Part shown: positions 36,103 through 45,623 of the stretch, in pieces
How positions within the stretch are numbered: position 1 is the stretch's first letter
Layout: each line of letters begins with the position of its first letter
Origin: Rhodothermales bacterium
Lineage (GTDB): Bacteria > Bacteroidota > Rhodothermia > Rhodothermales > JANQRZ01
Reading direction: 5' to 3'
Length of the DNA: 64,000 nucleotides
Assembly (NCBI GenBank): GCA_028284265.1
Contig: JANQRZ010000018.1
Coordinates: 237,385 to 301,384 of the forward strand
Program-made: the position numbers and the translations under genes
Notes under the pieces: model-generated
Told to the model about the DNA's origin: nothing
Databases searched by the model: none
The model's input: only the letters and a program-made list of their open reading frames with translations

Positions 36103-38352
36103 TCAAGCCAGCACCTGCCCGAAGGCGATCTCTTCAGCGGCGAGAACGAAGACGGTCGAGGGCAGCCCGGCGGTGCGCTCGCCGAGTTGTTCATAGTAGC
36201 GCTCGAAGTCGTCATTTGTTGCCTCAGGGTCGGGAGCCGCCATGCCGAGGAAAACGAGGTCGGCATCGGCGGACGCTTCGCGGAGGATGGCATCGAAGGG
36301 CCGACCGTGCCCGACGATCACATCGAGCGTGGCTCCAGTGCGCGTCTGCTCAACGATAGGCGCGAGGTTGGCCTGCGTCGCCTCAGCGGCGGCCTCGGTG
36401 GGGACGACTACCTTCAGGAAAATCTCGCTGCTGCGCCAACGCAGGCTCGTATGGAGAAGATAGGCGAGAATAATCATCAGCCCGCCGTTGCCCTTCAGCC
36501 CACCCCACCACACGTCGATTCGCTTGCGCTCGCCGAAGCCGAGGTCCTCATCATCGCGGACGATGAGAACGTTGCGCTGGTTCTGGTAGAAGTGCGAGAT
36601 CATCTCGCAGTAGCGCGCCCGGATCGCCGGGTTCCGGCTGTCGCCGAGGAGAACCGTGTTCGGCGCGAGCGCGCCTAGCCCGTAGGCATCGACGAGCCGC
36701 TCGGCTCCGACGAACGGGTCCGGCGCAGCGATTACGCGGACGAGGCTCTGGACGGCCCGCTCTTCGAGGAAGTCGTTGATGGTGTTTTCCATCGCCAGTT
36801 GCCGCTCGGCGGAAACCCCCTTCGCTGTAAGGACCGTCGAGACGGTCATCAGCGCCCGGTTGTGGGTCAGCGAGCGGGCGAGGTCGATCAGATGCCAGCG
36901 GCGGGTCGGCGCGCCGGAGAGAACGAGGAGGTGGGGTCGCCAGTTCTTGGTGTCCTCCTCGCCGCGTAACCGGAGCAGACCGGCCCGCGTCACCGCCATC
37001 CAGAGGCCGCGCCGCACATCCCCCCACGCCGTCTCCAAGCTCCGCCGCTCCAGCCACACATAGACCCCGACCACGAACACGATCGCCACGACCGTCGCCA
37101 GCGCGTTGATGAGAAACATGACCGCGACGCAGCCGACGAACCCGAGGAGCGAGAGGGCCCAAGGCACGCGGAACGTTGGGCGGAAGGAGGGGCTGCGGAG
37201 GAAGGTCTCGACGGCCGCCGAGATGTTGAGCACGCCGTAGGTCGTCAGGAAAAACATCGACAGAACTGGGGCGATGAGGTTGAGGTTGCCAAACCACACG
37301 GCGACGAGCGCGAGCGCGAGCGTGAGCATCGTCCCGACGCGCGGCGTGTCCTCTTCCCCTACGCCTTTACCAAGCCATTCGAGGCGGCGCGGCAGCACGC
37401 CGTCGCGGGCGAGCGCTTGAAGCACGCGCGGTGCGCCGAGGATCGAACCGAGCGCGCTGGAGAGGGTCGCGCCCCAGACGCCGAGGAGTATCGCATCGCC
37501 CCAGACCGCCATCTTCCGCATCACGAGCGGGTCGGCGATGAGCGTCTCGGCGTCGGCCCGCATCGCCAAGAGAATCGGCAGCACCATGTAGATCACGTAG
37601 CCTACGCCGACCGCTGCAAATGTCCCGCGCGGGATCGACCGGTTCGGGTCTTCGAGGTCGCCCGAGAGGTTGACGCCTGCCATGATCCCGGTGACGGCGG
37701 GGAAGAACACAGCGAAAACCACCCAAAACGATTCGCGCTCCACCGGAACCGGAGCCGTCGCCACCTCCGCTGCCTCGACCGGCCCGCCGAAGAGCAGCGA
37801 TAGCAGCGACAGTGCGATGGCGGCCATGATGAAATACTGCGCCCGGATCGCCGTCTTGGCCGAGACGAGTGCAAGGACCGTCACGAGGACCGTCGTCACT
37901 AGGCCGACCGCCTTCTCGTCGAGCGCCGGGAACGCGCGAACCACGCTCTCGGCAAAGCCGATGGTGTAGAGCGCCACCGACAAGCCCTGCGCGATGTAGA
38001 GCGGAATCCCCACCGCCCCACCGGTCTCAATCCCGAGCGAGCGGCTGATCATGTAGTACGCCCCGCCTGTCCGCACGCGCTGGTCGGTGGCAATCGCCGC
38101 AATCGAGAGCGCCGTCAGAAATGTGATCGAGGTCGCCAGCGTGACGATCACGAGCGTCCCGGCGAGCCCTACGTTGCCGACCACCCATCCGAACCGGAGA
38201 TACATGATCACCCCGAGGATCGTCAGAATCGACGGGGTAAAGACGCCACCGAAGGTGCCGAGGCCGCCTGCCTTGCTGCTGACGACCTCCTCGCGCGGAG
38301 GACGGAGACGGGGCCGAACGCGGGGCAGACGTGCGCGGAGACGCCGGAGCAT
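36103..38352 (-). CDS. APC-superfamily transporter of the cation-chloride cotransporter (SLC12-like) type with a cytoplasmic C-terminal domain
   Basis: LGTFGGVFTPSILTILGVIMYLRFGWVVG and GGAYYMISRSLG motifs, 12 TM segments, then a roughly 280-aa soluble domain. Start uncertain (38352 chosen; the track gives 38469). Confidence 0.75.
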   Translation of the reverse strand: MLRRLRARLPRVRPRLRPPREEVVSSKAGGLGTFGGVFTPSILTILGVIMYLRFGWVVGNVGLAGTLVIVTLATSITFLTALSIAAIATDQRVRTGGAYYMISRSLGIETGGAVGIPLYIAQGLSVALYTIGFAESVVRAFPALDEKAVGLVTTVLVTVLALVSAKTAIRAQYFIMAAIALSLLSLLFGGPVEAAEVATAPVPVERESFWVVFAVFFPAVTGIMAGVNLSGDLEDPNRSIPRGTFAAVGVGYVIYMVLPILLAMRADAETLIADPLVMRKMAVWGDAILLGVWGATLSSALGSILGAPRVLQALARDGVLPRRLEWLGKGVGEEDTPRVGTMLTLALALVAVWFGNLNLIAPVLSMFFLTTYGVLNISAAVETFLRSPSFRPTFRVPWALSLLGFVGCVAVMFLINALATVVAIVFVVGVYVWLERRSLETAWGDVRRGLWMAVTRAGLLRLRGEEDTKNWRPHLLVLSGAPTRRWHLIDLARSLTHNRALMTVSTVLTAKGVSAERQLAMENTINDFLEERAVQSLVRVIAAPDPFVGAERLVDAYGLGALAPNTVLLGDSRNPAIRARYCEMISHFYQNQRNVLIVRDDEDLGFGERKRIDVWWGGLKGNGGLMIILAYLLHTSLRWRSSEIFLKVVVPTEAAAEATQANLAPIVEQTRTGATLDVIVGHGRPFDAILREASADADLVFLGMAAPDPEATNDDFERYYEQLGERTAGLPSTVFVLAAEEIAFGQVLA

Positions 38353-38525
38353 AGCGGGCGAGATGAACGGAACGAAGCGGCAGAGAATACCGCTGAGACA
38401 GAGCGACGCGCTTCGCCTTACCGAATCCTCACAGGTGATGAGCCAAAGTAAAGCGCCCGCCCCAACCATGCGTTGAGACGGGCGCCTGCTTTTCCTCCTT
38501 CACCTGGAAAAGCGCAGAGCGAGTC

Positions 38526-39077
38526 CTACGACTCGGTGCTCTGCACAGCCTGCACTTCGAGTTCGATCTCGACGGTGTCGCCAACGAGGAAGCCGCCGAC
38601 TTCGAGCGCTTGGTTCCACGTCAGGCCGAACTCGGTGCGGTCGATGGAGCCGCTGGCTTCGAGCGCGATGCGGCTGCCGCCCCACGGGTCGGTGGCCTCG
38701 CCGAGGTACTCGACGTCGAGCACGACGCGCTTCGTGGTGCCACGGATCGTCAGGTCGCCCGCAAGCTTGGCGGAGTGGCCGTTGACCTCGCTGACGCCGT
38801 CGCTCTTGAATGTCATCTGCGGGTGCTGATCGGCGGCGAAGAAATCGTCCGACCGTAGGTGCCCATCGCGCTTCTCGTCGCCGGTGCTGACGGTAGCGAC
38901 TTGGACGCTACCCTCTACTTCCAGCGTATCGAGCGTGCCGGGGGCCATGCGGGCGGTGCCATCGAAGCCGTGAAAGCGCCCGCGCACTTTGCTGAAGCCG
39001 AGGTGGCGGACTTTGAACGTGACCTGCGAGTGCGAGGGGTCGACGGAATAGGTCTGAAGAGCGGTTTGGGTTTCCAT
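38526..39077 (-). CDS. YceI family periplasmic polyisoprenoid-binding protein
   Basis: Starts METQTALQTYSVDPSHSQVTFKVRHLGFSKVRGRF, followed by HGVTKxV-like TIRGTTKRV. Start trimmed from 39350. Confidence 0.85.
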   Translation of the reverse strand: METQTALQTYSVDPSHSQVTFKVRHLGFSKVRGRFHGFDGTARMAPGTLDTLEVEGSVQVATVSTGDEKRDGHLRSDDFFAADQHPQMTFKSDGVSEVNGHSAKLAGDLTIRGTTKRVVLDVEYLGEATDPWGGSRIALEASGSIDRTEFGLTWNQALEVGGFLVGDTVEIELEVQAVQSTES

Positions 39078-39221
39078 GATCGTGTGGGTTGAGGTAGGCA
39101 AGAAGTAGAGGGCGGAGCATTTAATTGTTGCAACAAGTAATAGTTCCCAAGGAATCACTCTTCCATTGGGAACGAACCGCTCGCATCGCCGGATCAACGC
39201 TGCTCCTCTCTTCTCTTCGCT

Positions 39222-40397
39222 ATGGCAACTCGCATCCTCCTCTTCACCGGCAAAGGCGGCGTCGGCAAGACGACCTGCGCCGCCGCAACCGCCCTCGAAG
39301 CGGCTCGGCGCGGGCACCGCACCCTCGTCATGTCGAGCGACCCCGCCCACTCGCTCGCCGACGCCCTAGACCGCGACCTCGGCCCAGAGCCGACACCCAT
39401 CGCGGACAACCTGTGGGCGATGGAAGTGGACCTCTACTACTCGATGCAGAAATACTGGTCGAGTATGCGCGACCTGATGCTAAGTGTGTTCAAGTGGCAG
39501 GGCGTGGATCAGATCGCGGCTGAGGAGATGGCCGCGCTCCCCGGCATGGGCGAAGCAAGCGCCCTGCTCTGGCTCGACAAGTTCTACCGCTCAGAGGAGT
39601 ACGACCTTATCGTCCTCGACTCGGCTCCGACGGGCGAGACGCTGACGCTGCTTACACTTCCGCAGGTGGCACAGTGGTGGGTCTCGAAGGCGTTCCCGTT
39701 CCAGAAGACCGCCTTCAAGGTTGGCGGCTTCGCCGTCCGCAAGACGACCGGCATCCCGCTCGACCGGGGCTACGCCGAACTCGACCGCCTCTTCGGGATC
39801 CTCGGCGATATGCAGAAGGTGATGCAAGACTCATCGGTCGCCTCGACGCGGCTCGTGATGAACCCGGAGCGCATGGTCATCGCCGAGGCACGGCGGGCCT
39901 ACACCTACCTCCAGCTCTACGGCTACGGTGTCGATGGGGTCATCGTCAACCGCATCATTCCCGAAGACGAGGCCGGAGGCGTCATGGCGAAGTACGTCGA
40001 GGCGCAGGCGGGCTATCTCGACGAGATCGCCGGGACGTTCGCGCCGCTCCCGATCCTCCGCGTGCCGCACGTCGGGCAGGAGGTCTTCGGCCTCGACCTA
40101 TTGCGCGAGATTGGGCAGGGGCTGTATGCCGAGCGCGACCCGGCAGAGGTGTTCTACGAGGAACAGGCCTACCGGATGGAGACCGACGGCGACGCCTACG
40201 TGCTCTCGGCCCACCTCCCACTCTCTGACGCGGAAGACGTGTCCGCCGAGCAGTTCGGCGACGAGTTGGTAGTTCAAGTCCGCAATCAGCGCCGGAGCTT
40301 TGGGCTGCCCAACTTCCTCGCCTACTACCGGCTGGCGTCCGTAGCCCTCGACGGCGACTGGCTCCGCGCCCGCTTCGAGCCACAGCAGGCGACCTAA
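39222..40397 (+). CDS. ArsA/GET3-family ATPase with a C-terminal HSP20-like domain
   Basis: Deviant Walker A FTGKGGVGKTT and SSDPAHSLADAL motif. The final roughly 80 aa (YVLSAHLPLSDAEDVSAEQFGDELVVQV...) resemble the ArsA-associated alpha-crystallin-like domain. Confidence 0.8.
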   Translation: MATRILLFTGKGGVGKTTCAAATALEAARRGHRTLVMSSDPAHSLADALDRDLGPEPTPIADNLWAMEVDLYYSMQKYWSSMRDLMLSVFKWQGVDQIAAEEMAALPGMGEASALLWLDKFYRSEEYDLIVLDSAPTGETLTLLTLPQVAQWWVSKAFPFQKTAFKVGGFAVRKTTGIPLDRGYAELDRLFGILGDMQKVMQDSSVASTRLVMNPERMVIAEARRAYTYLQLYGYGVDGVIVNRIIPEDEAGGVMAKYVEAQAGYLDEIAGTFAPLPILRVPHVGQEVFGLDLLREIGQGLYAERDPAEVFYEEQAYRMETDGDAYVLSAHLPLSDAEDVSAEQFGDELVVQVRNQRRSFGLPNFLAYYRLASVALDGDWLRARFEPQQAT

Positions 40398-40519
40398 ATG
40401 CAGGAGGCGGCTTGGATAGGAGACCCGAAAGGCGCAGAGGAAATGCGCCGCTTGTCCCTTCCTTTCAGCGCTACAATGCTGTAGCTTGGGCTTCTACCCT
40501 CATACACGCTGCCCTCGTC

Positions 40520-42346
40520 ATGCGCTTCCTTTTGCTCGCTTTCCTCCTCGCTGCCCTCACTGTTCCGGTCACGGCCCAGTCTCAGCGCTCGGCTCCCGAC
40601 CCCCAGAAACAACAGGACGACGACCTCTCCACGCAAGCCCGCAGCGGAGGCGATGCGCTCAACGCCACCTTCCTCGGTCAGCTTGATGAGCGGTCGAGCT
40701 ATGGTGACGTCTGGGGCTACGTGGACCCGGCGACGGGCCGGGAGTATGCCCTCCTCGCCGTCCGCTATGACGGCCTCAGCATCATCGACCTCGACGGGCC
40801 GTCGCTTCAGGAAGTCGGCTTCGTCGATGGCTTGGGCAGCTTCTTCGGCGTGGATGATGCAAAAGACATCAAGACCTACGGCCACTATGCCTACCTCGCC
40901 CACGAGTTTAACGACATCCTCGTCATCGACCTGTCGGACCCGACCAACCCGGACGATGTCGCCCAAATCGACGCACGGCCCGGCCCCGGAGACGATGGCT
41001 CGCACAACATCCTGATTGAGGGCGACTACCTCTACGTCGTCGGCGGGCGCTCACCGGGCGGGCTGCGCATCTTCGACCTCGGCGTCAGCCCGACGTCTCC
41101 GCCACTCATCGGAGAGATCGCGGGCGAGTTTGGCAACACCTACTACCACGACCTCGACATCGTCGGCGACCTCGCCTATGCCGCTGCGATCTACGACGAA
41201 GGCATCGACGTGCTCGACCTCTCGGACCGCACAGACCCCGAAGTCATCACGACGATCATCTACCCAGCCAGTTACCAAGGCGCGCACAACGTCTGCGCCA
41301 CCCCTGACGGGCAGACCATCTTCGTCGGCGACGAGATCGGCTCCGGCCCGTGGACCCGCGCCTTCGACGTGAGCGACCTCAATGACCCGGAGATGATCAG
41401 CGAACTCATCGTGGACGCCAACCGGCCCGTTCACAACTGCTACGTGGAAGGCGACTTACTCTACGTCGCCCACTACACCCTCGGGCTTCAGGTCTTCGAT
41501 GTGAGCAATCCCGCCAACCCGGACGTGGTGGCATTCTACGACACGTACACAGGGTCCAGCACCGGCTTCAGCGGCGCATGGACGGCCTATCCCTACCTCC
41601 CGAGCGGGCGCATCATCATCTCCGACCTTCAGGGTGGCCTGTTCATGGTACGCGCGGATGTCGGCATTGGCCTTTCCGCCAGTTCGGTGGGGTCGCTGAA
41701 TGTTGCCCCCGGCGGCTCGGTGGACTTCGACTACACCATCACGAACAATGACAACGCGGCCACGAGCGGCGACCTCTTCTTCACGGCGAAGCGCAATGAG
41801 ACCGTCGTGGCACAGGGCGTCATCATGTCGGGCACGCTCCCGGCCGGTCAGTCGGTGAGCGGCACGTACACGCAGCAGGTACCCGCGAACGCTCCGGCAG
41901 GCGTGTACACTTACGAACTCCATGTGGGTCGCTCCCCGTCTATCAAGACCAACACCTCGGCCTTCCCGCTCACCGTGGTAGGCTCCGGCGTGGCAGGGTC
42001 TGAGGTAGACTGGTCTATCGCGGACGCTACGCCGTGGACCTCGACCGCCACGCCCGACCCAATCGTCGCGAGCAAGGCAACGCCCACAGCCACCATCGAA
42101 GCCTACCCGAACCCGTTTAGCGAGGCGACTACGCTGCGGTTTAGCCTCGACGAGGCCGCGCCGGATGTCCGCCTTGCGGTGTATGACGTGCTGGGCCGCG
42201 AGGTAGCGGTGCTGGTGGATGGCGAACTAGACGCGGGGATGCATGAGGTCGTGCTTGACGGGCGCGACCTTCCGAACGGGGCCTACGCCTACCGCCTGAA
42301 CGTGGCGGGCACCGTGCAGACCGGGAGCCTCACCCTGCTCCGGTAG
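40520..42346 (+). CDS. Secreted LVIVD-repeat beta-propeller protein with a T9SS C-terminal sorting domain
   Basis: Signal peptide MRFLLLAFLLAALTVPVTAQ. Repeats of the type YAYLAHEFNDILVIDLSDPTNP and LYVAHYTLGLQVFDVSNPANP. CTD reads AYPNPFSEATTLRFSL...VYDVLGREV...GAYAYRL. Confidence 0.75.
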   Translation: MRFLLLAFLLAALTVPVTAQSQRSAPDPQKQQDDDLSTQARSGGDALNATFLGQLDERSSYGDVWGYVDPATGREYALLAVRYDGLSIIDLDGPSLQEVGFVDGLGSFFGVDDAKDIKTYGHYAYLAHEFNDILVIDLSDPTNPDDVAQIDARPGPGDDGSHNILIEGDYLYVVGGRSPGGLRIFDLGVSPTSPPLIGEIAGEFGNTYYHDLDIVGDLAYAAAIYDEGIDVLDLSDRTDPEVITTIIYPASYQGAHNVCATPDGQTIFVGDEIGSGPWTRAFDVSDLNDPEMISELIVDANRPVHNCYVEGDLLYVAHYTLGLQVFDVSNPANPDVVAFYDTYTGSSTGFSGAWTAYPYLPSGRIIISDLQGGLFMVRADVGIGLSASSVGSLNVAPGGSVDFDYTITNNDNAATSGDLFFTAKRNETVVAQGVIMSGTLPAGQSVSGTYTQQVPANAPAGVYTYELHVGRSPSIKTNTSAFPLTVVGSGVAGSEVDWSIADATPWTSTATPDPIVASKATPTATIEAYPNPFSEATTLRFSLDEAAPDVRLAVYDVLGREVAVLVDGELDAGMHEVVLDGRDLPNGAYAYRLNVAGTVQTGSLTLLR

Positions 42347-42558
42347 ATCGGCACTGGAGGCACCTCAAGGCTGGGAAACCAGCATCGCAGGCGCTCAGAA
42401 CAAGCCTTCGTGAAATCGCCCAAAGCGCGTGAACAGATGCGAGCTTCACGCGCTTTGAGTGCGGTGTACGTATTTTTGGGTTCGCCCCAGCACCCAAACG
42501 GGTCACACCCACAAAGGCGACACCCTACCTCATACCACCCTCAGGAGGCATTACCCCG

Positions 42559-43143
42559 ATGACCACTTCCCGTTTCTTTACCTTTTTCTGTGCCCTCGCC
42601 CTCGTGGCGTTCGTTGGCTGTGGCGATAGTGAAGCCCCCGCCGAAGACGACATGATGGAAGAAGACGGCGCCATGATGGACGACACGATGGCTTCCGACA
42701 GCCCGCTCATGGTTGCCGAAGGCGCAGGCCTCACCACCTTCCGCGCCGCTGTGGCGCACGCTGGCCTCGACGAGACCCTCAGCGGCGAAGGCCCCTTCAC
42801 CATCTTCGCCCCGAGCGACGAAGCCTTCCAGGCCCTGCCCGAAGGCACGCTTGAGTCGCTCATGGAAGAGGGCAACCGCGACATGCTCGTCAAAATCCTC
42901 ACCTACCATGTCCTCCCGACGAGCGCCATGTCCGGCGACGTGAGCGGCGAAATGGCCCTCGCCTCGGTGCAGGGTCAGGAGCTGACCGTGATGGCTGCCG
43001 ACGGCAGTGTCATGATCACCGACGCGATGGGCAACACCGCCACCGTCACCTCCGCTGACATGGCGACCTCCAACGGCGTCATCCACGTCATCGACAGCGT
43101 GCTGATGCCCGCCGAAGAGGAGATGATGGAGGAAGGCAGCTAA
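42559..43143 (+). CDS. Fasciclin (FAS1) domain lipoprotein
   Basis: Lipobox FVGC; FTIFAPSDEAFQALP, ILTYHVLP and NGVIHVIDSVLMP motifs. Confidence 0.85.
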   Translation: MTTSRFFTFFCALALVAFVGCGDSEAPAEDDMMEEDGAMMDDTMASDSPLMVAEGAGLTTFRAAVAHAGLDETLSGEGPFTIFAPSDEAFQALPEGTLESLMEEGNRDMLVKILTYHVLPTSAMSGDVSGEMALASVQGQELTVMAADGSVMITDAMGNTATVTSADMATSNGVIHVIDSVLMPAEEEMMEEGS

Positions 43144-43189
43144 GGCTTTGCCTGACCGTCGCGGAACGTTTCATTCGTTTCCGCTTCCC

Positions 43190-43226
43190 AGCCCGGAGTG
43201 CTCGCCTGAGTGCTCCGGGTTTTTTC
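43190..43226 (+). terminator. Intrinsic terminator after the fasciclin gene
   Basis: CCCGGAG - 14-nt loop - CUCCGGG followed by UUUUUU. Confidence 0.55.
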
Positions 43227-43245
43227 ATTCTCCTCTCTCCTCTCC

Positions 43246-43995
43246 ATGTCCTCTCCTGTCTACCTCATCCTTGGTGCCACTGGCGGTATCGGCTCGGCCC
43301 TCACCCGCCGCCTCGCAGCCAGTGGCGCTCACCTCGTCCTCGGTGCCCGCCGCAAAGACGCGCTCCACACCCTCGCCGCCGAAGTAGGCGCGACCGCCCA
43401 CCCGCTCGACGCGACTGACTATTCCCAAGTCCAAGCTGCCGTGGATGCCACCGTCGAAGCCTATGGTCGGCTCGATGGAGCGGCGAACCTCGTCGGCTCG
43501 ATCCTCCTCAAGCCTGCGCACCTGACGAGCGTCGAGGAGTTCGACACCACGGTCTCGCTGAATCTCAACACCGCGTTCTATCTGGTCAAAGCAGCCGCCC
43601 GAGCGATGCAGACCAACAAAGACCCGGAGGGCGGAGCGATTGTGCTGATGGCGTCGGTGGCGGCCCGGCTGGGCCTCGCCAACCACGAAGCCATTGCCGC
43701 GGCGAAGGGCGGCGTGGCGGGCCTCACCCTCGCAGCATCGGCAAGCTACGCGCCACGCAGCATCCGCGTCAACGCCGTCGCCCCCGGCCTCGTCCGCACC
43801 CCGCTCACCGAGCGTCTCACGAGCAGCGACGCCGCCGAGCAAGCCTCGGCCAAGATGCACGCGCTCGGTCGGATCGGCGAGCCGGACGACCTTGTGGACG
43901 CGCTGGCCTTCCTCCTCGACAGCGAGCGGAGCGGGTGGATCACAGGCCAGATGCTGTCGGTCGATGGCGGCTTCGCCACCGTTCGCCCGCGCTAA
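43246..43995 (+). CDS. Short-chain dehydrogenase/reductase (SDR)
   Basis: LILGATGGIGSAL and the AAKGGV catalytic region. Start moved to MSSPVYL at 43246. Confidence 0.85.
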   Translation: MSSPVYLILGATGGIGSALTRRLAASGAHLVLGARRKDALHTLAAEVGATAHPLDATDYSQVQAAVDATVEAYGRLDGAANLVGSILLKPAHLTSVEEFDTTVSLNLNTAFYLVKAAARAMQTNKDPEGGAIVLMASVAARLGLANHEAIAAAKGGVAGLTLAASASYAPRSIRVNAVAPGLVRTPLTERLTSSDAAEQASAKMHALGRIGEPDDLVDALAFLLDSERSGWITGQMLSVDGGFATVRPR

Positions 43996-44090
43996 TGGGC
44001 ACCGCTAACCAGCCGGAGTAGCGAAGCGGGAACGGTACGGGCAGGGTGCGACATACAACCCCCGCCTCTCTTCCTGCCTATCACCTCCTC

Positions 44091-45539
44091 ATGTCCTCTG
44101 CTACGCTCGTCTGGTTTCGTCATGATCTTCGCCTCGCCGATCACCCTGCGCTGTACCGGGCTGCCGGACGTGGCGGCCCCGTCGTGCCCGTCTTCATCTG
44201 GGCACCGGAGGAAGAGGGCGACTGGCCGCCCGGCGGCGCGCACCGGTGGTGGCTGCACCACTCGCTGACCAAGCTCGGCGAGCGACTCCGCAGCAAAGGG
44301 TCCGGCCTCGTCCTTCGCACGGGCCCGAGCCTCGCTACGCTCCGCGACCTCATCGCCTCAACCGGAGCCGACGCGGTCTACTGGAATGCTCGCCTCGACC
44401 CAGCCCCCCGTCAGCGCGATGCCGAGATCGCTGATGCGCTACGCGCCGATGGGATCGAGGTCAAGACCTTTGCCTCGCGCATCCTCCACGATCCCGACGC
44501 CGTCCGCACCACCACCGACGGGCCGTATCACGTCTATACCCCGTTCCGCGCCAAGTTCGAGGAGACGGTTGAGGTCGGCGACCCGCTCGACGTGCCTCGG
44601 ATGGGCGAGCGCACGACACCTGATGACTGGCCCGAAAGCGCTGACCTCGACTCGTTCGGCCTCTTGCCCGAAGCACAGGATGGCGTCGATTGGGCCGAAG
44701 CGATGGCCGACTTCTGGACGCCGGGCGAGCGCGCAGCCCATGCCCTCCTCCACCGCTTCCTCGATGACGAATTGATCGACTACGCCGAGGACCGCAACCG
44801 GCCCGATGAGGACGGCACCTCGCACTTCTCGCCCTACCTGCATCACGGCGAACTCAGCCCCCGGCAGGTCTGGCACCGCGTCAACAACTGGGTCCGCAAC
44901 GGCTCAATGCGCGAGGCCGCCGACGTCTTCCTCGGCGAGATCATCTGGCGCGAGTTCTCCTACCACATCCTCCACCATTACCCCACGCTGCCGACCGAAC
45001 CGCTTAAAGGCAAGTTCGAGAAGTTCGATTGGCAGGTGGATGACGAAGCCCTCCTGCGGTGGCAGCGCGGGCAAACCGGCTACCCGATTGTGGACGCTGG
45101 GATGCGGCAGCTCTGGGCGCTCGGCTGGATGCACAATCGGGTCCGCATGATTGTCGGCTCGTTCCTCACCAAAGACTTGATGATCCCGTGGCAGGAGGGC
45201 GAGCGCTGGTTCTGGGACACGCTCGTCGATGCCGACCTCGCCAACAACGCGATGAACTGGCAGTGGGTCGCAGGCTCCGGCCCCGACGCCCAGCCATTCT
45301 TCCGCGTCTTCAACCCCGTCAGCCAAGGCGAGAAGCACGACCCCGACGGCGCGTATGTCCGCGCTTGGATCCCCGAGCTGAAGGACGTGCCGACGACGTA
45401 CATCCACGCCCCGTGGACCGCACCGGACGAGATGCTCGAAGCGGCAGGCGTTGTGCTCGGCACAACCTATCCCGAACCCATCGTCGATCACAGCGACGCC
45501 CGCAACCGCGCCCTCGCGGCCTACGCTGAAATCAAGTAA
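44091..45539 (+). CDS. phrB: Deoxyribodipyrimidine photolyase (class I CPD photolyase/cryptochrome family)
   Basis: LVWFRHDLRLADHPAL, TSHFSPYLHHGELSPR, GYPIVDAGMRQL...GWMHNRVRMIV and NWQWVAGSG motifs. Confidence 0.9.
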   Translation: MSSATLVWFRHDLRLADHPALYRAAGRGGPVVPVFIWAPEEEGDWPPGGAHRWWLHHSLTKLGERLRSKGSGLVLRTGPSLATLRDLIASTGADAVYWNARLDPAPRQRDAEIADALRADGIEVKTFASRILHDPDAVRTTTDGPYHVYTPFRAKFEETVEVGDPLDVPRMGERTTPDDWPESADLDSFGLLPEAQDGVDWAEAMADFWTPGERAAHALLHRFLDDELIDYAEDRNRPDEDGTSHFSPYLHHGELSPRQVWHRVNNWVRNGSMREAADVFLGEIIWREFSYHILHHYPTLPTEPLKGKFEKFDWQVDDEALLRWQRGQTGYPIVDAGMRQLWALGWMHNRVRMIVGSFLTKDLMIPWQEGERWFWDTLVDADLANNAMNWQWVAGSGPDAQPFFRVFNPVSQGEKHDPDGAYVRAWIPELKDVPTTYIHAPWTAPDEMLEAAGVVLGTTYPEPIVDHSDARNRALAAYAEIK

Positions 45540-45623
45540 GAGCGGAAGCCGGGAAGATTGGAGGAGCGGAAGGTAGATACACACTCTCCGCACCCTCCTT
45601 TTCCCTCCACGCTCCTCATCCCC

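Noticed and set aside
42421-42457. Perfect 13-bp hairpin CAAAGCGCGTGAA-(11 nt)-TTCACGCGCTTTG after the LVIVD gene
   Set aside because: It may be a terminator, but the nearest U tract is about 15 nt downstream of the stem, so I do not call it confidently. It is noted only as a possible stabilising hairpin.
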